From Euprymna scolopes (Eukaryota): DNA of 64,000 bases. The translations under genes and the position numbers were made by a program. The DNA lies in assembly GCA_053919585.1 (NCBI GenBank), contig CM132817.1; one strand, written 5' to 3'. Under the pieces are notes generated by a model. That model was not told the DNA's origin, did not search any database, and was given only the letters and a program-made list of their open reading frames with translations. This document shows, piece by piece, positions 13,527-26,293 of the stretch (the first letter of the stretch is position 1; every line of letters begins with the position of its first letter).

Positions 13527-14781
13527 CTGAAAAAGGAGAAAATAGTAAAAAAAAAAATTATGGATAGGTTTTATTTTTAGTCGACTAAAATTTAAGGAAA
13601 AAGATATTTTATGCAAAATTTAAGAATTTTTTCCAAACTGGTTAGATTACTTTAGAAATTCAGAAATATATTTTAGATAAAAAAAATTTTGTAAAGTAAT
13701 AACTGTTTTAGCAAAACAGTACCTATTCAAAACAAATTAAATGCAAGTTACTGCTTTACTAATATGGCAGGGGTGGATGATTAATTCCAATCATGCTTAT
13801 ATTAGCAATACCACACCACTTTTTTCTTTACCTCAAATAAACTCAAATCAAGCATTATCAAAAAGAGCATAAAAAACAAAAGAAATTAGTTTTTTTTTTA
13901 AATCGGTCCATTAGAACTGGAGTTATGACCATCAAAAATGCGTGGTTAACTGGACATTTTGTCTTAAGTCAGTCCTATTCAAATGCATACAAGTTTGTGA
14001 CTGAAAATGGTAGGAAATTAGCACAATTTACAGACTAACCCATCTTTAAAAAAGCTGTATTTTCAGATCTTGAAAATTTGAACATATAATACTATGAAGG
14101 TTCAGATGGCTGTATTTACGACCATTTCACTTGGTAACTTGAATACTAATTAGCATATTTCAGTTTCATTTTAACAGCTTTAAGTAGAAACATAAAAACA
14201 GCTAAGAAAAACGGTAAGTACAGGTTTATCATCATATGAAGTATTATTCTGATGGACATTATCATTTGTCATTATAACATGAAAAATCCAAGACAGCAAC
14301 CAGGAAATCCAAGATGGCCACCACAATTCAAAGAAATTAACAAAATATGACTTGTTACATATCAAATTAAAGGAAATTTTGTACAGATTAGAATTACGTT
14401 TTCAAGTACATTATACTAATTAGCATAATTAAGTTTCATTAACAACTTTAAATCGAAACATAACAGCTAAAAAATTACATTATCACATTTTTATTTTCTG
14501 AATATTGTGAAAACTAGTAAATTTTTTCATATTTTTTTTAATTGAACTACATGACATTTTTTTTTACAATTTTTGTATAAAAAAAAATACTAGGTAAAAT
14601 AAATAAGATTTTTATGATTCACAATTTATATTTTTTTGCATCCTCATCTTATAATTACTTTTACTGTACTTTGTCCTCAGCATAATCTCGCTACCCCAAT
14701 AATTGAAAATAATTCATCAAAAATTTATTTACAACATATGGAGGTTTTAAATATGCAAAAAATTACATAATGGCTACATAC

Positions 14782-14881
14782 CAATATAGATTCTTCGAGA
14801 ATAGCGCCTCATGAGCAATAAAACAAAAACGTGAAGAGGAATTAAGTTGATAATGAAGACATAGCCACCCCAGGCAGAAAC
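14782..14881 (-). CDS. STT3B: STT3B exon (100 nt): [33 protein letters not shown](A)
   Basis: ttttag acceptor, gtatgt donor; conserved WGGYVF motif. Confidence 0.94.
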
Positions 14882-15539
14882 CTAAAATAAATAAATAGAA
14901 AAAGAGGCAATATATATATATAAATATATATAATATATACATATGTGCGTGTGTGTGCATATCAGCAGGGATAAGAAATTGAAAAATTTTCTCTTTGTAC
15001 ACATACTTAGTCATGTTACTTTTGGGACCCCTTTTCTATCTTTTTGGACATGGTTTAATATCATAGAAAGTCATCTGCTGCTTGACGGATCTAGTTTTAG
15101 GGTTGTTTTTGGAACAACTACGAGCAAAAATCGAACGCCATTTTTTTTCTGATGCACTTAGTCCATGGAAACCCAAAGAGTATGAATATTACATTATATT
15201 TTTAGCCATAACCAACTTGAAATCATAGAAAATTTGATAATTAAGAATTTTAAGTACATCCCTGGTATATATGATGTTTTACCCAAATACAGATGGGAAT
15301 ATGACTGATTCTATACTGTTTTAATGCTAGGCAACTTGTCCTGAGGACATTGCTACCAAAATGTGGTCCTCCCAAACCTTAAATCTTTCTGCATGGCTGG
15401 TGGAGCTGTTTAGTCAAATAATTGCAGAAAGAATCCCAGTTGATGTCAGAGTTTAAATCTATAAGAATAAAGTCCCACTGAACGCAGCAACTACAAACCA
15501 ATTTGACTTATTTTGAACGCAATGAAAATTTGTTAGATC

Positions 15540-16560
15540 ATTGGACACAGAATAAAGGAGAATGTTATGAGGATACAAAATTTGAGTTCATTAAGTACAA
15601 CACAACAGATGACAAACATGGTCCTTGACAGAAAAGAATGCCAAGGTTGATATCGCTGCATCTTGCCTTCCTTGATCTGGAAAAGTCCTTTAACTGCATG
15701 CCACATGTAATCTGATACATGCTGTAAGACCATAATATTTCCGCAAAATTATTTTGCCGAGTCAGACTACAACTCATCAAGGAGTCTGATGTGACCTGCC
15801 GCTGATATGTCTAAGAACTTCATCATCATGGTTGGAGTACACCAAGACTTGGCCCTTTCTGTGCTGCTCTGCATTCTTGTCATGTACAGCATCAAAGACC
15901 TGCACTAGCCCATGCCCTAGACACTCTTGTATGCAGATGATGTTCAGCTTGCCTCAAAGAGAAAATGCCATTTATAACATAAGTCCTGGAAAGATAAACT
16001 GGCGCAGTTAGATTTACGGCTGATCATCAGGAAGACTGAATATTTAATCATCGATAAACACAGACATGGTATCATCCAAGTCGACAGGCATGATCTTAAA
16101 ATATCTGTTCGACAGTTAACAATGATAACATTCTCAAAGTTGTTGTGTGCATCACTGCGATGTGGCTCAACACCACCTCTGGTATTCTCTGTAACCACAA
16201 GATCAATGACCATCTACTGTCGAAGATATATTTTATATAACTTGGAGTGTTTACCAAGAACAAGGCAGAGCAAACATCTGCTATAATGGAAACTAAAATG
16301 CTCTGTTGGATGTCTTGAATTCTACTGCTGGATCACATCTGGAATGTTGATATTCAAAAGCAAAAGCACATCGATTGAGGGAATAGTGGCTCAGATGGTT
16401 TGGACACACATTAAGAGCCAACAAGGACGTTGTTGTAACACTTGCCTTGTTGGGAAGTGACCAAAACGAAGCCTGATAAAGAGTTGGGCAAACACCCTGC
16501 AGAAAGATGCCTGTAAATCCATCCTTCACCCAAGCCTGTGATCATGTCAAGTGAAGACAG
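15540..16560 (+). mobile_element. Old RTE-like LINE fragment (RT domain and 3' end)
   Basis: Broken frames give HLAFLDLEKSF, VGVHQ, LLYADDV, LRWFGH; boundaries approximate. Confidence 0.75.
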
Positions 16561-17061
16561 TGTTGTGTCGATGACGCAGTTAACGAGATACTGGCTGGAA
16601 TCAACTTGTGTTAAAGTGCAGAGAGGTTGAAAGGTTAAGACTGACAGGCTTCAAGCTTGTTGACTTCGATTCAGACGCATTGTACCTGCATGCTGGCAGG
16701 GGTCACGAGGCAGGCCAGTGCACTTAGAATGCAAATCGGTTAAAGGGATGTTACCACCCCATACATACACCTTAAAATAAATAGACAACGCACATGCATT
16801 TCGAGTCAGTTAATTGCAGTTAGTCAGAACGAGAGAATCTTGATTTAAGATGAGGGGGAAAAAAAAAGAAGAGATGGGAATCGATTCAACAATGCAGAGG
16901 CTTCCCAGGGAATGCAGAAAATCCAAAATAAAGACTTTCTCCAAACAATATCAAGTTGTGTTTTTGAAAGCATACATGAATTGTTACGAGGGGGCACCGA
17001 CCAAAGAAGAAAAAGGTACACATCTTAAAATATCCATCCATATAACACACACACACATGAC

Positions 17062-17152
17062 TAGGGCTATGATATAAAAACATATAAGATATCAACAGAT
17101 ATACACATGAGAGTCAAAACAATAAAAAGAATATGCTGTTGTCCTAGCCCTA
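17062..17152. mobile_element. hAT-type MITE, deleted copy 2
   Basis: Same TIRs; flanks CACATGAC/CTCATGGC (6/8). Confidence 0.7.
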
Positions 17153-17498
17153 CTCATGGCTGTATACACAGTTTCTGAATTTATCTTAAAAGAATTTATA
17201 ATAGAGCTCTTTAATCTAGTTAGGAATTTATTTTTTTTTTTTTTTACAAAAGATGACGTTTTAAAATATTTAGATGAAAAAAATCCTCATTCCTTCCTTT
17301 CACACATACATGCTAGGAATGTCATGATGTTCCTATTTATTTTCCTCCCCACGAGGAAAGAGTTAGACACAAAGTCAGTTTTTAATGTGGGGAAAATCTA
17401 GCTCCCAAAAAGGGGCACTCTGGATAGGAAAAAAAATAAAAATTGTCTCAGTTGTGATCTTGGCTTAAAGGCCAAGAAAAATAAATGTTATGCAGAAA

Positions 17499-17530
<32 letters not shown>

Positions 17531-17967
17531 CTAGCATGGGTGCCCAGCATTGCCCGGGTGTTTGGAGGTGTATGCTGAGGAAAAAACAAAACAAAAAAAA
17601 ACAAAAAAAAAACGGTCAATTTTTTTTTTTTTTTAACTTTTTGACCCCTATTATGACCCCTTAAAATTTATTGTTTTGGGTTCAAATCAAGTTATTAAGT
17701 TAGATCCATGTCCAAGGGACCTATATCTAAAATTTCAAGTGTTTAGACCAAAATTGTCGGAGGAGTTTGGTAGAGTTCTCAAGGTCAAATAATTGAATTT
17801 TGACCCCTTAACAGCCAAATTTCTGGCAGAAACCCAATCACATAGATTTTCCCAAATGTCAGTACCCTGTATATCAAATTTCGAGTGTAGACTAAAAATT
17901 GACAGAGTTATTGCAAAGGAAAATGTACACAGACAGACAGACATGTTCACTTTTATAGATATATAGA
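17531..17967 (-). mobile_element. Helitron family A, internally deleted copy
   Basis: Both termini present in reverse orientation (ACTAGCATGGGTGCCC... and ...CTTTTATAGATATATAGA). Confidence 0.8.
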
Positions 17968-18219
17968 TATAACAAAGGTCTATATTCCAAATTTCAAGAT
18001 GTTGACCATTTTAATGTTTACTTTTTAAGTTGAAATGCACAATTCTTGACAGCATCGTTTCGTAGTGCATAGCATTATATATGCTCTGTAGTTACACCAA
18101 GCTTCATAAATTAAAAGACTGGTATAGATAAAAGGTGAAATATAATTAAATAACAATATTTCTCCATAAACATACATATGTATATATGATGAGGATAATG
18201 GAAATAGTATTCCGACGAG

Positions 18220-19197
18220 ATAGGGAGATAAAAAAGAAACGAACCAAGTTATGTGTTCATCAATGTTTCGTCTTTATTGTAAGACTTCTTCTGGATGAAT
18301 GATTGTTTGGTTTTACAGAAATGCAATCTTTAAGGTCATTTCATGCTGAAAACTGTTTTAAGTTTTTCCAATGGAATTGATGTATAGATATTAGAGAAGT
18401 TAGAGTGATTTTCGTTATAACATTTATGTTTTTTTTTTCAAGAAAATAAAATACCAGTACAAAATTTGAAAACATTTTTGTTGTAATGAAATGTATGACC
18501 GTTTTATTTCAGAATGAAAAAAGTCATTGAACAAGATTTTCAATGAACATAAGAGATATAAGAAATAGCAATTCTCTGAATGCATTATTCTCTCATTCAT
18601 TGCAGCATAATCATACTTTTGACTTCAAACAAGCAAAAATAGTTCAATTTATTTTAAATAAACCACGAGTTTTCTTGAATCAATGCTTATCGCAAATTCA
18701 AGCACAATTAAACAACGTGGAGGTTTCTATAATTTATCACCGTTAACTCCTATTAACAGAACATAATTTAATTTTAGACACAGGTTAGCTTTCTCACACC
18801 ATAGAAAACACCATCTATAATACATATAATCAGTCAATAAATTACATAACAAAAATACACTCATTTCATTTCAGTTACACATCAATATTTAAATTATAAT
18901 GGACACATTTATTCCAAAAAGAATATAAATTGCATCATATCTTTTTAGATATATTAACGGCTACATGACGTTAAAAAAAAAAAAAAACTGACTTTCTTTC
19001 ATAACGCTATATCTTTTTTTAATTTCCACAACATTTTTTCGTTCTGAAATACAACAAAGTCATACATTTCATTACAACAAAAATATATTTTCAAATATTG
19101 TACTGGTATTTTAGTTTCTTAATTTTAATTATCTAGAAGTTTAACAATGAAGACAAAATGTTGAACACATAACTTGGTTTGTTCCTTTTTTATCTCC

Positions 19198-19200
<3 letters not shown>
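18220..19200 (+). mobile_element. Penelope-like element fragment with inverted duplication
   Basis: GIY-YIG C-terminal-like text (EHK)RDIRNSNSLNALFSHSLQHNHTFDFKQAKI; 18225-18290 and 18440-18520 recur inverted at 19030-19198; decayed hammerhead-like CAGAAGA..GAAAC on the minus strand at about 18262-18298. Confidence 0.7.
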
Positions 19201-19240
<40 letters not shown>

Positions 19241-19241
<1 letters not shown>

Positions 19242-19878
19242 AAGTGAAATTGTCTCTGCGTGCACATTACCCTACTAAACTACTGTTGATTTTCAGTCTA
19301 CAGACTCGAAATTTGACATAATGGATATAGAGATTTGGGAAAATCTTTTTAATAGGTTTTCAGCCATAAATTTGGCTGTCAAGAGGTCAAAGTTCAACGA
19401 TTTGACCATTGAAAACTCTACTAAACTCCACCAATTTTGGGTCTAAACACTTCAAATTTTAGATGTAGGTTACTTGGACATGGTTCTAACTTTTTAATTT
19501 GATTTGACCCTAAAACAAATGTTATGGGGATCAAAATTAGAGTCAAAGTTTTAAAAAATTTGATCTTTGCGGTCTCTACCAAATTACTCAGCCAATTTTA
19601 GGTCTAAACATTAGAAATTTTACATAAAGTGTATTCAGACATGCAGAAAGCTTTTTAATCAGTTTTTGAGCAAAAATTTGGCTGCGAAGAGGTCAAAGTT
19701 GAAAGCATTGACCTTTGCAGACTCTACCGAACTCCTCCACTAATTTTGGGTCTAAGCACTTGAAATTTTAGATGTAGGTAACCTGGACACGAGTCAAACT
19801 TTTTAATATATATACACACACACACATAAAGTTATGAACAGTACATAGGGCCCAAGCAAAGTCGGGCTGAACTGCTAG
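19241..19878 (+). mobile_element. Helitron family A-related copy with an alternative 3' end
   Basis: Body homologous to family A; ends GCCCAAGCAAAGTCGGGCTGAACTGCTAG|T. Confidence 0.75.
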
Positions 19879-19994
19879 TATATATATATATATGTGAGAA
19901 TACTTATTTTTTTATTAAGTGAGTGCTTAACATACATTAATATACCTGATGCAGACCTAAGTTTAGAGAAATTGATATAACCAAACGTTCTTAC

Positions 19995-20060
19995 CATGTA
20001 AAAGTAAGAAAGTGCTGTACAGACACCCCAGAAAACGGTTCCAGTCTTCACAGCTTTTAT
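19995..20060 (-). CDS. STT3B: STT3B exon (66 nt): IKAVKTGTVFWGVCTALSYFYM
   Basis: ttttcag acceptor, gtaaga donor, phase 0/0. Confidence 0.93.
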
Positions 20061-20532
20061 CTGAAAAGAAAAAAAAAACATCTTTCATATTTATCCAATA
20101 AAAAAAAATGTAATTTTGAACATACAACTTTAAGTGTCATTAATAATAAGCCAAAATTACACAGCTTTAAAGTGAAAATATTCAAAACGTTATTTCTTTA
20201 AATAAAGATGAAGTAAAATCGAAACCTTTATTAACTTGTGTTAGTATTCATTCTAGTTAGGTTGAGCCAGCTTCTTGAAATAAATTCAGTCGAATGAGAG
20301 CTAACACAATACAGCAGTCCATTGCCAAGATTAAAACTAGTGACGGCTGGTCTTGATTCCACTAATGAATACAAAAGATATGTGTATCTTTAATCTGTTC
20401 TGTATTCAATTTCATCATTCTAGTCATATTTTGAGGTGATCACCACATTGGTTCTTGCAGCCCCAAAACAAGTTTGTCAGTATCCAATAACAAATTACAT
20501 TGCTTTGCCTTCCAACTTGGCATTAAAGTACA

Positions 20533-20581
<49 letters not shown>

Positions 20582-21831
20582 TAACAATAGGATTCCTTCT
20601 GCTTGCAAAGCAGCCAATCCTCTTATCCTCTTTGAGAACTTCTAGAAAAGGTTGACCTCTTTAAATACTTCAAATCTATCATCACTGCAACAAACCAGGG
20701 GGAGGGGGATATATATGGCTGCAGTGGAAATGCCTGTCTTGCTTTTTGAACCTAGAATCACAATTTTGGTTCACAGTTGCAGACCTTTATAGACCAAGTC
20801 TTTAATTATGGTTTGTGCTGCATTCAGAGTTTGCCAGCAGCAGTTAGATAGTCCACGCATAGTGTTGAACCTCTCGCCTTCAGCAAACTCTTCTAGGCAG
20901 ACATCTTCGCTCAGAGACAAACGTGTAACATTTTTCTATTAAAGTTTCTATCTACCTCTCTATTCGTCTCACCCCTCTTCTCAGTCCTTGTTAGCTAGAC
21001 ACACACACACATTCTTTTTAGGATAGATTCCACAAGAAACGAGTCAGCATTTTCCTCCCAAATTAGTACATAAAACAGACAAAAATGGTTGCAAATCTTG
21101 TCTTTCTCTCTCACTTCAAGTCCCTTAGTCTTTCTCTTTCAGGGGAGAGAGTATCAATCACTCATCTCTTGATATTGTGATACTTATGACAACGTGGCAA
21201 GTATTTCATATTTTGACAAGGCTGTCACCAGACTTCTTCAACTAGTTCTTAACTACAACTAAATAACCTTTACACTAAGAGGAAATTGAATATCATATAT
21301 ATTTACCCAGTTCCGATAATTTTAAGGTTTTCATCAGTACAAAAAAGGAAAAAAAAGAAAAAAAAAAAAAGAAAAAAAACTTAATTCAGAGAGGAATATT
21401 ACAAAATTAGGTTCCAAATGTTTTTAGATAAAGAGTAATAATTGCATCATTTAGAATTCTATTCTTATATTAGTTGTTACAACAAATTTACAGGCTGATG
21501 GGATAACAATCTATGCAGATGCAATAAAAGTTCTACAGATTCCCGAGTTCAACAAGAAAGTTCCCAAATTCAAAAGATTCACCTGAAGGTCAGATTACAT
21601 CCACAAAAACCATGTGAATGTAAGAACCAAGTTGAGAATATTAGTCAAAGTAAGCCATCTAATACAATTTACAAAACTTAGCAAAATTGTTGCAAGTCAG
21701 TGTGTAAAAAAATAAAAAAATAAATAAACACTTATAAAAATGAAAGAGGTATGTAGATTCAAGAGGAAGAAAGGGGTTTCTCTTAGTTTACCAAGTTTAA
21801 AAAAAAAAGACTGTTCTGGAAGTTGTTGAAT

Positions 21832-24810
21832 AAGAAAGAAAAAACGTCTAGCAGCAAAAAGAAAGAAAAAACGTCTAGCAGCAAAAAGAAAGAAAAAACG
21901 TCTAGCAGCAAAAAGAAAGAAAAAACGTCTAGCAGCAAAAAGAAAGAAAAAACGTCTAGCAGCAAAAAGAAAGAAAAAACGTCTAGCAGCAAAAAGAAAG
22001 AAAAAACGTCTAGCAGCAAAAAGAAAGAAAAAACGTCTAGCAGCAAAAAGAAAGAAAAAACGTCTAGCAGCAAAAAGAAAGAAAAAACGTCTAGCAGCAA
22101 AAAGAAAGAAAAAACGTCTAGCAGCAAAAAGAAAGAAAAAACGTCTAGCAGCAAAAAGAAAGAAAAAACGTCTAGCAGCAAAAAGAAAGAAAAAACGTCT
22201 AGCAGCAAAAAGAAAGAAAAAACGTCTAGCAGCAAAAAGAAAGAAAAAACGTCTAGCAGCAAAAAGAAAGAAAAAACGTCTAGCAGCAAAAAGAAAGAAA
22301 AAACGTCTAGCAGCAAAAAGAAAGAAAAAACGTCTAGCAGCAAAAAGAAAGAAAAAACGTCTAGCAGCAAAAAGAAAGAAAAAACGTCTAGCAGCAAAAA
22401 GAAAGAAAAAACGTCTAGCAGCAAAAAGAAAGAAAAAACGTCTAGCAGCAAAAAGAAAGAAAAAACGTCTAGCAGCAAAAAGAAAGAAAAAACGTCTAGC
22501 AGCAAAAAGAAAGAAAAAACGTCTAGCAGCAAAAAGAAAGAAAAAACGTCTAGCAGCAAAAAGAAAGAAAAAACGTCTAGCAGCAAAAAGAAAGAAAAAA
22601 CGTCTAGCAGCAAAAAGAAAGAAAAAACGTCTAGCAGCAAAAAGAAAGAAAAAACGTCTAGCAGCAAAAAGAAAGAAAAAACGTCTAGCAGCAAAAAGAA
22701 AGAAAAAACGTCTAGCAGCAAAAAGAAAGAAAAAACGTCTAGCAGCAAAAAGAAAGAAAAAACGTCTAGCAGCAAAAAGAAAGAAAAAACGTCTAGCAGC
22801 AAAAAGAAAGAAAAAACGTCTAGCAGCAAAAAGAAAGAAAAAACGTCTAGCAGCAAAAAGAAAGAAAAAACGTCTAGCAGCAAAAAGAAAGAAAAAACGT
22901 CTAGCAGCAAAAAGAAAGAAAAAACGTCTAGCAGCAAAAAGAAAGAAAAAACGTCTAGCAGCAAAAAGAAAGAAAAAACGTCTAGCAGCAAAAAGAAAGA
23001 AAAAACGTCTAGCAGCAAAAAGAAAGAAAAAACGTCTAGCAGCAAAAAGAAAGAAAAAACGTCTAGCAGCAAAAAGAAAGAAAAAACGTCTAGCAGCAAA
23101 AAGAAAGAAAAAACGTCTAGCAGCAAAAAGAAAGAAAAAACGTCTAGCAGCAAAAAGAAAGAAAAAACGTCTAGCAGCAAAAAGAAAGAAAAAACGTCTA
23201 GCAGCAAAAAGAAAGAAAAAACGTCTAGCAGCAAAAAGAAAGAAAAAACGTCTAGCAGCAAAAAGAAAGAAAAAACGTCTAGCAGCAAAAAGAAAGAAAA
23301 AACGTCTAGCAGCAAAAAGAAAGAAAAAACGTCTAGCAGCAAAAAGAAAGAAAAAACGTCTAGCAGCAAAAAGAAAGAAAAAACGTCTAGCAGCAAAAAG
23401 AAAGAAAAAACGTCTAGCAGCAAAAAGAAAGAAAAAACGTCTAGCAGCAAAAAGAAAGAAAAAACGTCTAGCAGCAAAAAGAAAGAAAAAACGTCTAGCA
23501 GCAAAAAGAAAGAAAAAACGTCTAGCAGCAAAAAGAAAGAAAAAACGTCTAGCAGCAAAAAGAAAGAAAAAACGTCTAGCAGCAAAAAGAAAGAAAAAAC
23601 GTCTAGCAGCAAAAAGAAAGAAAAAACGTCTAGCAGCAAAAAGAAAGAAAAAACGTCTAGCAGCAAAAAGAAAGAAAAAACGTCTAGCAGCAAAAAGAAA
23701 GAAAAAACGTCTAGCAGCAAAAAGAAAGAAAAAACGTCTAGCAGCAAAAAGAAAGAAAAAACGTCTAGCAGCAAAAAGAAAGAAAAAACGTCTAGCAGCA
23801 AAAAGAAAGAAAAAACGTCTAGCAGCAAAAAGAAAGAAAAAACGTCTAGCAGCAAAAAGAAAGAAAAAACGTCTAGCAGCAAAAAGAAAGAAAAAACGTC
23901 TAGCAGCAAAAAGAAAGAAAAAACGTCTAGCAGCAAAAAGAAAGAAAAAACGTCTAGCAGCAAAAAGAAAGAAAAAACGTCTAGCAGCAAAAAGAAAGAA
24001 AAAACGTCTAGCAGCAAAAAGAAAGAAAAAACGTCTAGCAGCAAAAAGAAAGAAAAAACGTCTAGCAGCAAAAAGAAAGAAAAAACGTCTAGCAGCAAAA
24101 AGAAAGAAAAAACGTCTAGCAGCAAAAAGAAAGAAAAAACGTCTAGCAGCAAAAAGAAAGAAAAAACGTCTAGCAGCAAAAAGAAAGAAAAAACGTCTAG
24201 CAGCAAAAAGAAAGAAAAAACGTCTAGCAGCAAAAAGAAAGAAAAAACGTCTAGCAGCAAAAAGAAAGAAAAAACGTCTAGCAGCAAAAAGAAAGAAAAA
24301 ACGTCTAGCAGCAAAAAGAAAGAAAAAACGTCTAGCAGCAAAAAGAAAGAAAAAACGTCTAGCAGCAAAAAGAAAGAAAAAACGTCTAGCAGCAAAAAGA
24401 AAGAAAAAACGTCTAGCAGCAAAAAGAAAGAAAAAACGTCTAGCAGCAAAAAGAAAGAAAAAACGTCTAGCAGCAAAAAGAAAGAAAAAACGTCTAGCAG
24501 CAAAAAGAAAGAAAAAACGTCTAGCAGCAAAAAGAAAGAAAAAACGTCTAGCAGCAAAAAGAAAGAAAAAACGTCTAGCAGCAAAAAGAAAGAAAAAACG
24601 TCTAGCAGCAAAAAGAAAGAAAAAACGTCTAGCAGCAAAAAGAAAGAAAAAACGTCTAGCAGCAAAAAGAAAGAAAAAACGTCTAGCAGCAAAAAGAAAG
24701 AAAAAACGTCTAGCAGCAAAAAGAAAGAAAAAACGTCTAGCAGCAAAAAGAAAGAAAAAACGTCTAGCAGCAAAAAGAAAGAAAAAACGTCTAGCAGCAA
24801 AAAGAAAAAA
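21832..24810. repeat. Minisatellite, 27-bp unit AAGAAAGAAAAAACGTCTAGCAGCAAA, 110 identical copies
   Basis: Core CGTCTAGCAGC first at 21845, last at 24788 (109 x 27 apart); no variant unit seen. Confidence 0.98.
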
Positions 24811-24820
24811 AATTTCTTAC

Positions 24821-24909
24821 CCATGTGTAATAAGTGAACATCAAAGCAAATATAGCAATTCCTTCGTTGTCGTAACTTCCAGCAACTGATCTGCTTATAT
24901 AACCAGGAA
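24821..24909 (-). CDS. STT3B: STT3B exon (89 nt): (V)[29 protein letters not shown], containing the catalytic DxE motif
   Basis: ccttag acceptor ending at 24910, gtaaga donor at 24820; [11 protein letters not shown] motif. Missed by the ORF track. Confidence 0.95.
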
Positions 24910-25076
24910 CTAAGGAAAATAATTGGATTTTATTAGAACTCAAAAAACACAAAAATTAAGCAATCAAATTCATTATGTACAGATTTACTAATTTACCAAA
25001 ATTTCTACAAAATTTTTTGAATTCTATAAATATAATTAAATATTTAAACATTTTTAAGTGTCAACATTTCTTAAGT

Positions 25077-25745
25077 AATGCATAATTATGCATATAAAAA
25101 AATAATGCATAATCATGCATATAAAAAAATAATGCATAATTATGCATATAAAAAAATAATGCATAATTATGCATATAAAAAAATAATGCATAATTATGCA
25201 TATAAAAAAATAATGCATAATTATGCATATAAAAAAATAATGCATAATTATGCATATAAAAAAATAATGCATAATTATGCATATAAAAAAATAATGCATA
25301 ATTATGCATATAAAAAAATAATGCATAATTATGCATATAAAAAAATAATGCATAATTATGCATATAAAAAAATAATGCATAATTATGCATATAAAAAAAT
25401 AATGCATAATTATGCATATAAAAAATGCATAATTATGCATATAAAAAATGCATAATTATGCATATAAAAAATGCATAATTATGCATATAAAAAAATGCAT
25501 AATTATGCATATAAAAAATGCATAATTATGCATATAAAAAATGCATAATTATGCATATAAAAAATGCATAATTATGCATATAAAAAAATAATGCATAATT
25601 ATGCATATAAAAAAATAATGCATAATTATGCATATAAAAAAATAATGCATAATTATGCATATTAAAAAATGCATAATTATGCATATAAAAAAATAATGCA
25701 TAATTATGCATATAAAAAAATAATGCATAATTATGCATATAAAAA
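25077..25745. repeat. Minisatellite of 26 copies of the palindrome ATGCATAATTATGCAT with A-rich spacers (mostly 27-bp period, some 23-24 bp)
   Basis: Read directly; one variant core (second copy, ...AATCATG...). Confidence 0.97.
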
Positions 25746-26293
25746 GCAGAGATGTTTGTGTGTCCGTCTATACATCAACAGTCAATGATTAATCTCAAAG
25801 CAAAACAAATGGGATATTTTGATTCAGCAGATTACTACTGATGTTTAAGTGATTAAGTTTGTTTACTATTTATATTAATCAATGTTAATAAAATTAGACA
25901 ACTTCACATGTGTCTGCATTCGTGTCGGCTTATTTTTGTTAGTTTTTTTTTCTTCTTTTTAAACTAGGCTATTTACTTTTAATTTTTAAACAGAATTTTT
26001 ACAATTATTACATTGTTCTGCCTTTAAATCAACTGAACAAAATTGTTACAAACCAATAATTTAAAAATACTTTACACAAAAGGTCAATTTACTCAAACAA
26101 TTTCAATGTTTTTGAATCACTGAATAAAAAGAAATCCTAAAATTTGAAGTTTCTTATTTTTATTCAATTTTAAACCTCCATAACTACTTGTTACTAACGT
26201 AGAACTATATGAAAATTGTGTGTGTGTATATATATATCTAAAAAAAGTCTAGCAACATATTAGTGTGTGTGTGTGTGTATATATATATATACA

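Noticed and set aside
21783-24837. 1013-aa (FFLLLDVFS)n and 1004-aa (KKKEKTSSS)n ORFs
   Set aside because: Produced by a 27-bp (multiple of 3) repeat lacking stops in those frames; intronic, no synonymous variation, and not in the STT3B frame
25054-25738. (MHNYA...)n and (IIMHYFFIC)n ORFs
   Set aside because: Translations of the palindromic minisatellite
21832-25745. CRISPR-like array
   Set aside because: No unique spacers, no cas genes, eukaryotic intron
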